DNA of 64,000 bases from Nitrososphaeria archaeon (GCA_029775855.1 JARVJZ010000003.1:1-64000), one strand, 5' to 3'; counted from the first letter of the stretch, positions 10,886-21,854 are shown. Numbers and translations: made by a program. The notes: generated by a model from the sequence alone, not told the origin.

Positions 10886-10966
10886 GCTGAGTTGGTTTGC
10901 TCAATTCTTTTATCCCATTCTGTCTAGTTTAGTCGATTTAACCTCTTATTGAACCTTACGATTTAG

Positions 10967-11317
10967 ATGTTTTCTGGGTTGAGTGATGGTATAGAGGTAA
11001 GGATGCTGGAGAAGCTCGCGGGTATGATAGATGATATTAAAACTGGGTTAGATCCAGATCTGCTTGCGTCGTGGTATGAGTTTATTGTGGCGCGGGCTAA
11101 AGAAAACTGCCCAGAAAAGTTAAGGGATACAATCTCTGTTGAACGAGACCCAATTCTCACCTTAAAGTTCCACATTAAGGCGTCAAGAAGGGCAGTGCCA
11201 TACATACTCGATGTGATAGAAGAGCATCTACCTCAGATGCCCTTTGCAACTAGACTCTACTTTCAGAAAGTGGAAGAAATTCTAGAACAAGAAGCCGCAA
11301 AGTTTGATGTGAAGTAG
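10967..11317 (+). CDS. Hypothetical protein
   Basis: 116-aa ORF with protein-like composition filling an intergenic gap. Confidence 0.65.
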   Translation: MFSGLSDGIEVRMLEKLAGMIDDIKTGLDPDLLASWYEFIVARAKENCPEKLRDTISVERDPILTLKFHIKASRRAVPYILDVIEEHLPQMPFATRLYFQKVEEILEQEAAKFDVK

Positions 11318-11350
11318 AAGATTACCAAATAAAAAAGGTTGTAGGTGTGA

Positions 11351-12016
11351 TTAGTATTCTATCTTCTTGTAGCAGAGCCACCAATCTAAGCACTTTATCT
11401 CTCCAGCCTTCTCTTGCTCACGCCTCTTACCAATCATCTCAACAGTGTTTGCTGGTGGCACAATGACGCTATCTCTTATGAGTTCGTTGTTAGGCCAGTT
11501 GGCTGGGATAGCGTAGCCTTTATCAGCGATTTGCAGCGCCTTTACCATTCTAATGATCTCATCTATATTTCTGCCTAGTTCCATAGGGTAGTAGAGGATA
11601 GCTCTCGTTACGCCCTTAGGGTCGACTATGAAGACAGCTCTTACTGTCTGCGTGCCCGCTGCTTGCTTGTGGCGCATACCTAACCTTGCAGCTACCTCTC
11701 CAGTGTTATCTGCAATTATCGGAAATTGGATTTCAACACCTGTCTTCTCTTTGATCCATTCCTCCCATTTTAGGTGTGAGAAGACTTGGTCTATGCTTAA
11801 GCCTATTAGTTCACATTGTAGCTTTTGGAATTCTTCATATCTTTTTTGGAATGCGATAAATTCGGTTGTGCACACAGGTGTGAAGTCAGCTGGATGGCTG
11901 AACAGAATGAACCATCTTCCCTTGTAATCGTCTGGGAGTTTAACCACCCCTTTTGTAGTTTTGACTTCCATTTGAGGGAAAGTATCGCCTATCAGAGGCA
12001 TTCTATATTCTTCCAT
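11351..12016 (-). CDS. Peroxiredoxin, archaeal AhpC/Prx6 type
   Basis: [15 protein letters not shown] and C-terminal CLDWWLC. Confidence 0.95.
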   Translation of the reverse strand: MEEYRMPLIGDTFPQMEVKTTKGVVKLPDDYKGRWFILFSHPADFTPVCTTEFIAFQKRYEEFQKLQCELIGLSIDQVFSHLKWEEWIKEKTGVEIQFPIIADNTGEVAARLGMRHKQAAGTQTVRAVFIVDPKGVTRAILYYPMELGRNIDEIIRMVKALQIADKGYAIPANWPNNELIRDSVIVPPANTVEMIGKRREQEKAGEIKCLDWWLCYKKIEY

Positions 12017-12091
12017 ATCTTTTCCTAGAAATTTGTTCTGGAAAATTATATAAGGATTTATTTCTCTACCTTGGTTAATAAGTGGTAGGCT

Positions 12092-12211
12092 GTGACATTA
12101 ACAGACTTCTTTACATATGTGGGAGACTCTGCTCTCCTCCTCTTCCTAATTATCCTCGTAATATTCTTTGTCTACGAGTTTGAAGCTAAGAAAGGGGAGA
12201 AGCAAACTTAA
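12092..12211 (+). CDS. Putative 39-aa single-pass membrane microprotein
   Basis: [48 protein letters not shown]. Stop lies 3 nt before the lhr ATG. Below the ORF-track cutoff. Confidence 0.5.
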   Translation: MTLTDFFTYVGDSALLLFLIILVIFFVYEFEAKKGEKQT

Positions 12212-12214
12212 CCT

Positions 12215-14974
12215 ATGGAGAGCAGCCTAACCGAACTCGAAAGAAAAACATACAAGAAGCTTGCTGAACTAGGCTTTACCACACCAACACCTATCCAAGC
12301 TAAGGTCATCCCAGTGGTGCTTAGAAGAAGGAATTGCTTGCTTGTCGCGCCCACAGGATCTGGTAAGACTGAGGCTGCTCTCATACCCATATTGACCTTA
12401 CTATCACAAGCGCATAAAAAGGTAGGTGTAAGGCTGCTCTACATAACTCCACTTCGAGCGCTTAACCGTGATATATTTAAGAGGCTTGTGAAGTATGCTG
12501 AATATTTTGGGTTAACCGCTGCGGTTAGGCACGGCGACACACCAACCTCAGCAAGAGCTAAGATGGCTCACCAGCCTCCTGATGTGCTTATAACAACGCC
12601 AGAGACCTTAGCGATAATTTTAGTCACTAAGCTGATGAGAAAGGCTTTATCAAATCTAGAATGGGTTGTAGTCGATGAATTACATGAACTTTTGGGTAGC
12701 GAGCGTGGTGCACATCTTAGTGTTAGTATAGAGCGTCTATTGAAATATGCTTCATCAAAGAAGGTTGTTCGAATCGGGCTTTCGGCTACAGTAGGAAATT
12801 TAGCTGAAGCAGCCTACTTCATAAGCGGAGCTGGGCATAAGTGCGCTGTGCTTGTGGATAAGGGTGTCAGAAGATATTTAGTCAAATGCGAATATGTTGA
12901 AGGAGGCATACTTCCACTAGCGGGAAGAATAGTTGAATACGCCAAGGAGACTATTGCAAAAGGTGGAAACATTTTAGTCTTCACAAACACCAGAGACGAA
13001 GCCGAATATCTGGTTTCAGCCCTAAGAGCGGAGGCGCCTGAGCTTGAACCCTCTGTGCACCACGGCTCTCTATCAAGAGAGAGTAGAGAAGAAGCAGAGC
13101 TAAGACTCAAAAGCGGTGAAGCAGGCATTGTTGTGGCAACATCATCGCTAGAGCTCGGTCTTGATATAGGCTCGGTCAATCTAGTAATTCAAGTAGGCTC
13201 TCCTAGGCAAGCCACTAAACTCATACAGAGGATTGGTAGAAGTAGGCATAAAGTTGGTGAGGCAGCGAGAGGCTTTATCTTAACCGATAGGTTAGACGAT
13301 GAAGCTGAGGCTCTTGCTCTTCTAGAGCGTGTTAAGAGACTTTCGCTTGAAGAAAGTAGACTTCACCGCAGAGCGTTAGATGTTTTAGCGCACCACTTAG
13401 TAGGCTTGGCACTGGAGTATGGTAGGTTGAATGTAGAGGAGGCTCTCAACTTAATTAGAAGGGCGTATCCCTATAAAGATGTTAAAGTCGATGATATAGA
13501 GGGTTGCCTTAATCTTCTTAGCAGCAATGGTATAGTGTGGTTTGATGGTTTAATCTTTAGATCTCGAGGGTTAAAGACCTTACAATACTATTATGATAAC
13601 ATTTCAACCATACCAGATGTTGTGCAGTTCGATGTTATAGATATCTCAGCAAACAAAAAGGTTGGCAGATTAGATCAGCTATTTGTAGGTGAATTTGGTG
13701 AAGAAGGAAATAGCTTTACCTTGAAAGGGCTTCCTTGGAGAATAGTTTCTGTTGATGACAGTAAAAGAGTGGTAAATGTTGAACCTCTACCTAAAGGCAC
13801 AACCACAATACCTTATTGGGTTGGTGAACTTATACCAGTTGAGTTTGAGACCGCTCAGATAGTAGGTAGGATTAGAAGAGATGTAGCAGCTGGTAGAAAA
13901 AATGATGTGAGCGAGAATTATAGGAAACTTATGTCTGAGAGCAAAGAGAAACTCGGTGTAATCCCCTCAGATAAGTTGGTTGTAGTTGAGAGGTGTCGAG
14001 GCTCTTCTCAGATAGTTATACACTGCTGCTTTGGGACAAAGGTTAACCATACATTAGCCTCATTGCTCTCAACGCTACTATCCTCAAAACTAGGATACCT
14101 TGTTGAGGCAAAGTCAGATACATATAGAATACTTTTATCTTCTCAATCGAATATTCAGCTCAACCACATCATAGAAGCGCTTTCAGATACATCTAACTTA
14201 GAGGGAATACTTTCTGTAGCGGTTTCAGGCACACACCCCATGAATTGGAAGACTTGGCAAGTGGCAAAAAAGTTTGGGCTTATAGATAAGGCTGCGCAAT
14301 ATGACCGAAGAGCAGCCAGACTTATACAAGAAAGATACATCAACACACCGCTTCACCAAGAAGTTCTAAGAGAAATTACACATGAGAAGTTTGACTTAGA
14401 GAAGGCTAAGAGAGTTATGGAGCATCTTAAGAACGGTGAAATTAGAATGAAGTATGTGGAGGTTGAGGCATTCACTCCTTTGGCGCAGCCTATAATAGAG
14501 TATGCTGCAAAGTTCGCGGCACTACCACATAGTATAGACCAAGCCTTAACAGCGTTAGTGAAAGAGCGTCTTATGAACACCAAACATAAGCTAATATGTC
14601 TACATTGTGGTAGATGGGAGAGTATAGTGAAGACATCAGAAGCCAAAGAGCCTCTCAGCTGCAGCATCTGCCACTCACGGCTAGTAGCATCAACCTACCT
14701 TACAGACCAAGAAGCGCGAAAAATAGTGGAGAAGCAGAGAAGCGGTTTAAAGCTGAACGCTGAGGAGGAAGCAAAGTTAAAAAAACTCTGGAAGACATCA
14801 TCACTAATACAGAACTTCGGTAGGCAAGCACTACTAACCCTCTCAGGAAGAGGTGTTGGCCCTGAGGTTGCCTCCCGACTATTGCGAAACTTTGTGGATG
14901 AAGATAGCTTGGTTAAGTCTATCTATAGGGCTGAAAAGACCTATCTGCAGACAAGAGGATTCTGGGAGGATTAG
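12215..14974 (+). CDS. lhr: Lhr-like DEAH-box helicase
   Basis: APTGSGKTEA, TPLRALNRD, TTPE, VDELH, LSAT, QRIGRS, C-terminal CxxC...CxxC. Confidence 0.92.
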   Translation: MESSLTELERKTYKKLAELGFTTPTPIQAKVIPVVLRRRNCLLVAPTGSGKTEAALIPILTLLSQAHKKVGVRLLYITPLRALNRDIFKRLVKYAEYFGLTAAVRHGDTPTSARAKMAHQPPDVLITTPETLAIILVTKLMRKALSNLEWVVVDELHELLGSERGAHLSVSIERLLKYASSKKVVRIGLSATVGNLAEAAYFISGAGHKCAVLVDKGVRRYLVKCEYVEGGILPLAGRIVEYAKETIAKGGNILVFTNTRDEAEYLVSALRAEAPELEPSVHHGSLSRESREEAELRLKSGEAGIVVATSSLELGLDIGSVNLVIQVGSPRQATKLIQRIGRSRHKVGEAARGFILTDRLDDEAEALALLERVKRLSLEESRLHRRALDVLAHHLVGLALEYGRLNVEEALNLIRRAYPYKDVKVDDIEGCLNLLSSNGIVWFDGLIFRSRGLKTLQYYYDNISTIPDVVQFDVIDISANKKVGRLDQLFVGEFGEEGNSFTLKGLPWRIVSVDDSKRVVNVEPLPKGTTTIPYWVGELIPVEFETAQIVGRIRRDVAAGRKNDVSENYRKLMSESKEKLGVIPSDKLVVVERCRGSSQIVIHCCFGTKVNHTLASLLSTLLSSKLGYLVEAKSDTYRILLSSQSNIQLNHIIEALSDTSNLEGILSVAVSGTHPMNWKTWQVAKKFGLIDKAAQYDRRAARLIQERYINTPLHQEVLREITHEKFDLEKAKRVMEHLKNGEIRMKYVEVEAFTPLAQPIIEYAAKFAALPHSIDQALTALVKERLMNTKHKLICLHCGRWESIVKTSEAKEPLSCSICHSRLVASTYLTDQEARKIVEKQRSGLKLNAEEEAKLKKLWKTSSLIQNFGRQALLTLSGRGVGPEVASRLLRNFVDEDSLVKSIYRAEKTYLQTRGFWED

Positions 14975-17640
14975 TCTTTATCCTTTGACACAGTAGCCTT
15001 TACACCTATGCTTGCTTGTGCAGCGGCGAGGCGTGCTATAGGAACGCGATAAGGTGAGCAGCTCACATAATCTAACCCTATTTTGTGGCATATCTCGATA
15101 GAGCGTGGATCTCCGCCGTGCTCACCGCAGATACCTATCTCAAGTTCACCTCTAGTCCTTCTACCGTCTTCGACGCAAATCTTCATTAACCGAGCTACAC
15201 CAGCTTGGTCTAGCGTCTCGAATGGGTTGTCGCTAAGTATCCTCTTCTGAAGGTAGATAGGTAAGAACTTGTTTTCCGCATCTTCTCTGCTGAAGCTGAA
15301 GGTGGCTTGGGTGAGGTCGTTAGTGCCGAAGCTGAAGAATTCTGCTACCTCAGCTATCTGATCAGCTGTTAAGGCAGCCCTAACAACTTCTACCATAGTG
15401 CCATACTTCACCTTCAACTCCATTCCATACTTCCGCTCAACCTCCGCCCTAACTTTGTCGATGACTTCTTTCAAGTACCTCAGCTCCTCAACCAGACCGA
15501 CTTGAGGTATCATTATTTGTGGTATGGCGTTAACACCTTCCTTCTTAAGTTCAGCAAGTGCTTCAAAGATAGCTCGAGCCTGCATCTCATAGATCTCGGG
15601 GTAGGTTATGCCGACCCTTACACCTCTATGCCCAAGCATAGGGTTGACTTCAGATAGAGTGAGAGCCTTCTGAAGTATCTTACGCTTACTATCGATAACC
15701 TCTTTAGGTGCATTCGAAGCCTCAAGATCCATAATTTCTTTTTGAAGCTGTAGCGCATTAGGTAGGAACTCGTGTAGAGGTGGATCAAGCAGCCTTATGG
15801 TTACTGGGTAGCCTTCCATAGCCTTCAAGATCTCCTTAAAGTCTTGCTTCTGTAGTGGTAGCAGTTTATCGAGGCACCGTCTTCTCTCCTCTTCGCTGTC
15901 AGCCATTATCATATCAACGACTATCGGAAGCCTATCAACAGCATTGAACATTCTTTCGGTTCTGCATAGACCTATACCCTCAGCGCCAAAGCTTCTCGCA
16001 AGCGCAGCAGCCTCAGGAGTGTCGGCGTTAGCCCTAACCCCTAATCGCCTATATTCATCAGCCCAGCTCAGCAGCTCATAAAAGTCGCCAGACAGCTCAG
16101 GCTCTATCAGAGGCACTTGCCCTAAGTATACCGCGCCTTGACCACCATCTATAGTTATCCAATCTCCTTCTTTAATCACATAGTCTCCAACGGTAAACTG
16201 CTTCTTCTCATAATCTATGTGTATAGCACCACACCCTGTTACGCAAGGCTTACCCATGCTTCTCGCAACAACAGCTGCGTGGCTAGTCATGCCTCCTCTA
16301 CTAGTCAACACACCTTCAGAAGCGAAGAATCCATGAATATCCTCAGGCTTCGTCTCCTCTCTAACCATTATTATCTTCTCACCAGCTCTGCCTCTTCGCT
16401 CCGCTTCATCAGCATCAAATACTACTCTACCAGTAGCAGCACCTGGAGAGGCGCCTAACCCTGTTGCAAGTAATGTGGGTTTTGCCTTTGGGTCTACACG
16501 CTTATGCAGAAGCTGGTCAAGCACCTCAGGCTTTATTCGTTTAAGAGCTTCTTCCTTTGTTATAAGCCCCTCTTTCGTCATTTCGACTGAGGTTCTAACA
16601 AGCGCTGTTGCATTCATCTTTGCGTTTCTGGTCTGCAGCATGTAGAAACGCCCATTCTCTATAGTAAACTCCATATCTTGAGGTTCTTTGTAGTGTTTTT
16701 CAAGTATCTCAGAAACCCTCAGCAGTTCTTTATATGCTTGGGGCATAGTTTCAGCCAATTCATCTATCGGTCTTGGTGTGCGTATACCGGCAACAACATC
16801 TTCACCCTGAGCGTTAATCAAATACTCCCCATATAGCTTCTTTTCACCAGTAGCCGGGTTTCTTGTAAATACTACGCCTGTTGCGCTATTATCACCTAAG
16901 TTGCCGAAGACCATAGTAACTATGTTGACCGCGGTGCCATCAGCTATATCTGGTGTTATCTTGAACTCTCTTCTATAGTCTACAGCCCTTCTGCCCATCC
17001 AGCTGTTAAATACGGCAGCGATAGCCATTTCTAGCTGCTTGTAGGGGTCCTCTGGGAAGGGTTTCCCAGTTTCTTTCTGCACGATCTCCTTAAACTCTTT
17101 GACAACTTTCTTCAGATGCTCTGCTGACAACTCGTTATCAAACTTCACACCAGCCTCCTTCTTAATCCGCTCAAAAGCTTCAGAAAAGAGTTCATCTTTA
17201 ACGCCAAGCACAACTTTACCAAATAGTTGAATAAACCTCCTATAAGCATCGTAAACGAACCTTTCATCTCCACTCTGCTCTATAAGCCCCCTAGCGGTTT
17301 CATCGTTCAAACCTAGGTTAAGCACTGTATCCATCATACCAGGCATAGAAATAGCAGCACCAGACCTTACTGAAACTAGAAGCGGATTCTTTGGGTCTCC
17401 AAACTTCTTACCTACCGCTGCCTCAACCTTCTTCATATACTCTCTTACTTCATCCATAAGGCCATCGGGCAATCTTCTCCCATTAGCGTAATACTCTTTG
17501 CACACCTCTGTAGTTATAGTGAATCCTGGTGGCACAGGCAACCCTAGTTGGGTCATTTCACATAATCCAGCACCCTTTCCTCCAAGTAGCTTCTTATTTT
17601 TCCCATCCCCCTCATTGAACATATAGATCCTCTTTGCCAT
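14971..17640 (-). CDS. ppdK: Pyruvate, phosphate dikinase
   Basis: LLGGKGAGL, SVRSGAAISMPGMMDT, GGMTSHAAVVAR, GIGLCRTE, SFGTNDL. Confidence 0.97.
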   Translation of the reverse strand: MAKRIYMFNEGDGKNKKLLGGKGAGLCEMTQLGLPVPPGFTITTEVCKEYYANGRRLPDGLMDEVREYMKKVEAAVGKKFGDPKNPLLVSVRSGAAISMPGMMDTVLNLGLNDETARGLIEQSGDERFVYDAYRRFIQLFGKVVLGVKDELFSEAFERIKKEAGVKFDNELSAEHLKKVVKEFKEIVQKETGKPFPEDPYKQLEMAIAAVFNSWMGRRAVDYRREFKITPDIADGTAVNIVTMVFGNLGDNSATGVVFTRNPATGEKKLYGEYLINAQGEDVVAGIRTPRPIDELAETMPQAYKELLRVSEILEKHYKEPQDMEFTIENGRFYMLQTRNAKMNATALVRTSVEMTKEGLITKEEALKRIKPEVLDQLLHKRVDPKAKPTLLATGLGASPGAATGRVVFDADEAERRGRAGEKIIMVREETKPEDIHGFFASEGVLTSRGGMTSHAAVVARSMGKPCVTGCGAIHIDYEKKQFTVGDYVIKEGDWITIDGGQGAVYLGQVPLIEPELSGDFYELLSWADEYRRLGVRANADTPEAAALARSFGAEGIGLCRTERMFNAVDRLPIVVDMIMADSEEERRRCLDKLLPLQKQDFKEILKAMEGYPVTIRLLDPPLHEFLPNALQLQKEIMDLEASNAPKEVIDSKRKILQKALTLSEVNPMLGHRGVRVGITYPEIYEMQARAIFEALAELKKEGVNAIPQIMIPQVGLVEELRYLKEVIDKVRAEVERKYGMELKVKYGTMVEVVRAALTADQIAEVAEFFSFGTNDLTQATFSFSREDAENKFLPIYLQKRILSDNPFETLDQAGVARLMKICVEDGRRTRGELEIGICGEHGGDPRSIEICHKIGLDYVSCSPYRVPIARLAAAQASIGVKATVSKDKD

Positions 17641-17746
17641 AGTTGATCACCCTACACCGCTGTTAGAAGATGTTTTAAAAGTTAACCATTACCTTTATGG
17701 CAAAAGTTCTTAGGCTAGTTCACCAACCTACAGAAATAGTATAAGA

Positions 17747-18508
17747 TTGCCAACAGTCGGATATGAACTTGCCCCCCCTAAAATAATAGGTGTTTCGCGG
17801 TTAGAGTTAGAGGCAGCCCTTTCATCACTTTATAGTAAGGTTGAATCTTTGAAGGCTGTTGTCGATAGGATTTTGATTACAAGTTCGGTCATCGGTATAC
17901 CGAGACTACCTAGCGTCTTTACTGCTGCTCTTGTGAAGAAGTCTATGCCTGGTGTTTGGGTAGGTTGCTCGATAAGGACTTGTGACTATCTTTTGCACCA
18001 ATCTTTTAAGGCTGCTAGCGAAGCTTTCATCGCTGAGTTAAATGGTGTGCTGCTTGTCTACGGTGACAAACCTATCCACGGCTCAAGCTACAAAAACTAC
18101 CCCTCAAACTTACTTAAAATAATTCGCCAGTTTATCCCATCCAAAAACCTACCGAAGATCTATTTATCAGCGAAGGCTCAGAAAGATAAACAGAACATAG
18201 AAAGGAAGCTTGAAGCCAAACCAGATGGTTTTATAACACAGATCGTGACAGAAGTGGAACAGATCTTATGGCTACGCGATATATGCCGAGCAAATAAACT
18301 AGAGCTTTCAGCCACAATACTTACACCAAGCCCAAAGAACTTAACCTCAGCCGAAAAGATTGGGTTAAACTGGCAACCAGATGAGGATGATGCGACACAA
18401 CTTGTTCAGAATCTGCTTAAAGAAGATGTATCCATCTCACTAACATCACCTTGGAGCTTCAGAGAAGGGTTAGAATTCGCAAAGAAGATCAAGAGTTTAT
18501 GTAAATAA
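17747..18508 (+). CDS. Divergent methylenetetrahydrofolate reductase (MetF)-like protein
   Basis: YELAPPK, LLVYGDKP, RKLEAKPDGFITQ resemble MTHFR barrel motifs. Confidence 0.55.
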   Translation: MPTVGYELAPPKIIGVSRLELEAALSSLYSKVESLKAVVDRILITSSVIGIPRLPSVFTAALVKKSMPGVWVGCSIRTCDYLLHQSFKAASEAFIAELNGVLLVYGDKPIHGSSYKNYPSNLLKIIRQFIPSKNLPKIYLSAKAQKDKQNIERKLEAKPDGFITQIVTEVEQILWLRDICRANKLELSATILTPSPKNLTSAEKIGLNWQPDEDDATQLVQNLLKEDVSISLTSPWSFREGLEFAKKIKSLCK

Positions 18509-18560
18509 CTCTTTAAAGGAGTTATTCTGCACTATTGGCAGCATCGTGGTGTAAGGCTGT

Positions 18561-19658
18561 ATGATAAATCAAAACACTATAAACGCCATAATCAAATCTT
18601 ACGAGTTAGAGAATATCTCGATAGGCACTCTAGGAAGCCACTCAGCCCTAGACATAGCAGATGGAGCCAAAGACGAAGGTTTAAGAACGGTAGTAGTATG
18701 CCAAGAGGGGAGGGAGAAGCCCTACCTCTTCTACAAGAGAATAGTAGATGAGGCTATCGTTCTTAAACGCTTCAGTGACATTATGAAACCAGAGGTTCAG
18801 AAGCATCTTAGAGATAGAAACACTATCTTTGTGCCGCATAGAGCCTTCACAACCTATGTCGACTACGACTCAATAGAGAAAGCGTTTGAGGTGCCTATCT
18901 TTGGTAATAGATGGATACTTAGAGCGGAAGAGAGGACTGCACCCGTAAACCAATATCATATTCTCGAAAATGCCGGCATACGGTTTCCTCGAGTCTTTAA
19001 GAGCTTTGAAGAGATAGATCGGCCTGTAATAGTTAAGGTTCACGAGGCAAGGAGGAAGATAGAGCGCGCATTCTTCGTTGCAACAAGCCCAAAAGACTAC
19101 CTTGAGAAGGTCAAAGAAAGGATAGAGAAAGGCATAATATCTGAAGACGATCTCGCATCAGCAAAGATAGAGGAGTTCGTTATAGGCACCTACTTCAACT
19201 TTAACTATTTTCACTCACCCATCTCCAAGAGAGTTGAGTTTCTAGGCATCGACCGCAGATTACAGACTGACTTATTTGATTATGTAACCCTACCAGCAAA
19301 GCAGCAACTAGAAATCAACATACCACTACAGAATATAGAAATAGGGCACACACCAGCAACTATAAGAGAGTCGATGCTCGAAAAGGTCCTTACAATAGGC
19401 GAAAAATTCGTAGAAGCTACAAAACACCTATTCCCACCAGGCATAATAGGTCCTTTTGCACTTCAATCCGCAGTAACCAAGGATCTTGATATAGTGGTCT
19501 ATGATGTTTCGCCAAGAGTTCCGGGAAGCCCGATTATATCTACCACCTCGCCTTACTCAAAGTATCTCTTCGGTCAGAGCGTATCGACTGGGCGCAGAAT
19601 CGCTATTGAAGTAAAGAATGCTATAAAAGCTGGAAGACTTGGGGATGTGGTTACTTGA
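18561..19658 (+). CDS. purP: FAICAR synthetase PurP family protein (ATP-grasp)
   Basis: IGTLGSHSALDI, FVPHRAF, LGIDRRLQT, IGPFALQ. Confidence 0.9.
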   Translation: MINQNTINAIIKSYELENISIGTLGSHSALDIADGAKDEGLRTVVVCQEGREKPYLFYKRIVDEAIVLKRFSDIMKPEVQKHLRDRNTIFVPHRAFTTYVDYDSIEKAFEVPIFGNRWILRAEERTAPVNQYHILENAGIRFPRVFKSFEEIDRPVIVKVHEARRKIERAFFVATSPKDYLEKVKERIEKGIISEDDLASAKIEEFVIGTYFNFNYFHSPISKRVEFLGIDRRLQTDLFDYVTLPAKQQLEINIPLQNIEIGHTPATIRESMLEKVLTIGEKFVEATKHLFPPGIIGPFALQSAVTKDLDIVVYDVSPRVPGSPIISTTSPYSKYLFGQSVSTGRRIAIEVKNAIKAGRLGDVVT

Positions 19659-20680
19659 AGACTATAGCAACATTAGGTTCACACTGCGCACTACAGCTAC
19701 TTAAAGGAGCCAAAGATGAGGGGTTTCATACACTTCTCGTATGCTTAAAGAAGCGCGCCAATCTATATAGGAGATTCAAGTTCATCGAAAAGTTTCTCTT
19801 CGTAGATAGATTTGATGAACTCACTCAACCAGAAAAGCAAGAGGAGCTTCTGGAGGAAGATTCTATCCTAATTCCACACGGCACCTTGATCTCAGAGGTT
19901 GGTGTAGACCTTGTCGAAAAAGCGTTAAAGGTTCCTATCTTCGGCAACCGATGGATCCTAAGGTGGGAGGCAGATAGAATATTAAAAGATATGTTAATGA
20001 AGGAAGCTGGGTTAAACCCCCCGCAGCAGCTCAAGCCTGAAGAGATAGATAGACTTTGCATAGTGAAGCTCCCTGGGGCTGCTGGAGGTAGAGGATACTT
20101 TCTTGTGTCAAGCAAAGAGGAGTTTAACCACTTCAAAGAGAAGCTAAAGGCTTCAGGATTGATAAAAGGTGAAGAAGACCTTTACATACAAGAATACCGT
20201 GTTGGCGTGCCTATCTACTTCCAATACTTTTACTCACCACTCGAAGATAGGTTGGAGCTGCTGGGTATAGATAGGAGATATGAGACTAGTGTTGATTCAA
20301 TAGGTAGAATACCAGCAAAATACCAGATCAATCTAGATATACCTTTAACTTACATTGTGGTCGGCAACATACCCTTAGTGCTGAGAGAATCTCTATTAGA
20401 TGAAGCTTACAATATAGGTGAAGCTTTTGTGAAAGCATCTAAAAAGAATGTCCCACCAGGAATGATAGGTCCCTTCTGCATCGAAGGCGTCTACACCCAT
20501 GAAGGCTTATTTGTACCATTTGAGTTTTCGGCTCGAATAGTTGCTGGAACCAACCTCTACATCGACGGTTCACCTTACTCTAAACTGATCTACGACGAAC
20601 CCATGAGTATGGGGCGTAGAATAGCTAGAGAGATCAAAGTTGGTTTGGAGAGAGGTGCGCTAGATAAGCTGTTGACATAA
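19655..20680 (+). CDS. purP: FAICAR synthetase PurP, second paralog
   Basis: IATLGSHCALQ, GAAGGRGYF, LLGIDRRYE, FEFSARIVAGTN. Confidence 0.92.
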   Translation: MKTIATLGSHCALQLLKGAKDEGFHTLLVCLKKRANLYRRFKFIEKFLFVDRFDELTQPEKQEELLEEDSILIPHGTLISEVGVDLVEKALKVPIFGNRWILRWEADRILKDMLMKEAGLNPPQQLKPEEIDRLCIVKLPGAAGGRGYFLVSSKEEFNHFKEKLKASGLIKGEEDLYIQEYRVGVPIYFQYFYSPLEDRLELLGIDRRYETSVDSIGRIPAKYQINLDIPLTYIVVGNIPLVLRESLLDEAYNIGEAFVKASKKNVPPGMIGPFCIEGVYTHEGLFVPFEFSARIVAGTNLYIDGSPYSKLIYDEPMSMGRRIAREIKVGLERGALDKLLT

Positions 20681-20693
20681 CGAGGTCTATTTA

Positions 20694-21854
20694 ATGCTTT
20701 CTAGCTCGTTGAAACTATACTCAGCGCTCTACTTAGCCGCCTTTCTCTACGCTTTAGGTTATGGTGCAAGCGTCTATCTGATTCCAGTGTATGCAACATA
20801 TCTTAAGGCTAACTACTATGAACTAGGTCTCATAGGTATGGTTGGTAGTGTGCTCTACATCTTCTTCCCCCTTCTTTCCGGCTGGCTCTCGGATAAAGTG
20901 AATAAAGCACACATGCTTTCAGTCGGCTTAGTTGCTAACATCATAGCAACATCAGCTATAGCGTTAGCAAGCACGGTTCCAGAGCTGTTAATCGTTAGAG
21001 TGATTGGCGGATTGGCTATAGGCTTCTATTGGCCTATTATCGAAGCGCTTATTGCAGATATTGCCCCTGAAGTCTCAAGAATTTCAAAGATAGGGTCTTT
21101 TGGAGCAGCGACAACCTTAGGTATGATCATAGGTCCTCCTTTAGGAGGAGTGCTGGCGCAGGTTCTGGGGTTGAGGCAGACATTTTTGCTATCCTCCCTA
21201 CCTATGGTTGCAGCACTTATTGTTGTGTTATCGTTTGTTATCCCAGCATATAAAATGAAGGGTGTTGTTAAGGTTGCCGCATCTGTTAACGCATCTAACA
21301 GCTTACAAGCATCTAACTTATTCAAGGTCGCCCCTATCGTAGTAACTTATAGTGCATTCTTTAGCACAGTTGTTTCTATTCTGCCTGGGTATCTTTCGCT
21401 GCGTGGCTACTTAGCTTCGGAGGTTGGAGCGCTTTTCTCCTTGGTTAGTGTCGCGAGGGTTATCGCGCTGCTATCTTCACATAAAGTTGGCGGTAGAGAT
21501 GTTTCAGCCTTAATATTTTTTTCACTTACTTTGGCTTTAAGCTGCTTCATAATGTTCTTCTCCGAGACCCTACCGCTCTACATCCTAAGTCTCATAATAA
21601 TGGGGTTCTCATTGGGCTTCATCTTCCCATTATCGTTCAACTTGGCTCTAAAAGGGATTAAGCAGGAATTACTAGGCAGAGGTGTAGGGGTCTATGAATC
21701 AATATTAGGCGTTGGCTTCGCCGGCGGCCCTATATTCTCAGGCTTTATCGCCGAGTCTATTGAGCCAAAAGCACCTTATCTGATCTTAGGTCTACTCTGT
21801 GTATTTATCCCATTATCTCTTAGAAGAATAAAAGATAACTCTGGACGCGGTTAG
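20694..21854 (+). CDS. MFS transporter
   Basis: 12-TM pattern, GWLSDK motif A. Confidence 0.88.
   Translation: MLSSSLKLYSALYLAAFLYALGYGASVYLIPVYATYLKANYYELGLIGMVGSVLYIFFPLLSGWLSDKVNKAHMLSVGLVANIIATSAIALASTVPELLIVRVIGGLAIGFYWPIIEALIADIAPEVSRISKIGSFGAATTLGMIIGPPLGGVLAQVLGLRQTFLLSSLPMVAALIVVLSFVIPAYKMKGVVKVAASVNASNSLQASNLFKVAPIVVTYSAFFSTVVSILPGYLSLRGYLASEVGALFSLVSVARVIALLSSHKVGGRDVSALIFFSLTLALSCFIMFFSETLPLYILSLIIMGFSLGFIFPLSFNLALKGIKQELLGRGVGVYESILGVGFAGGPIFSGFIAESIEPKAPYLILGLLCVFIPLSLRRIKDNSGRG

Noticed and set aside
18561-20680. Tandem purP duplication as a novelty
   Set aside because: Paired PurP paralogs are already known in many archaea.
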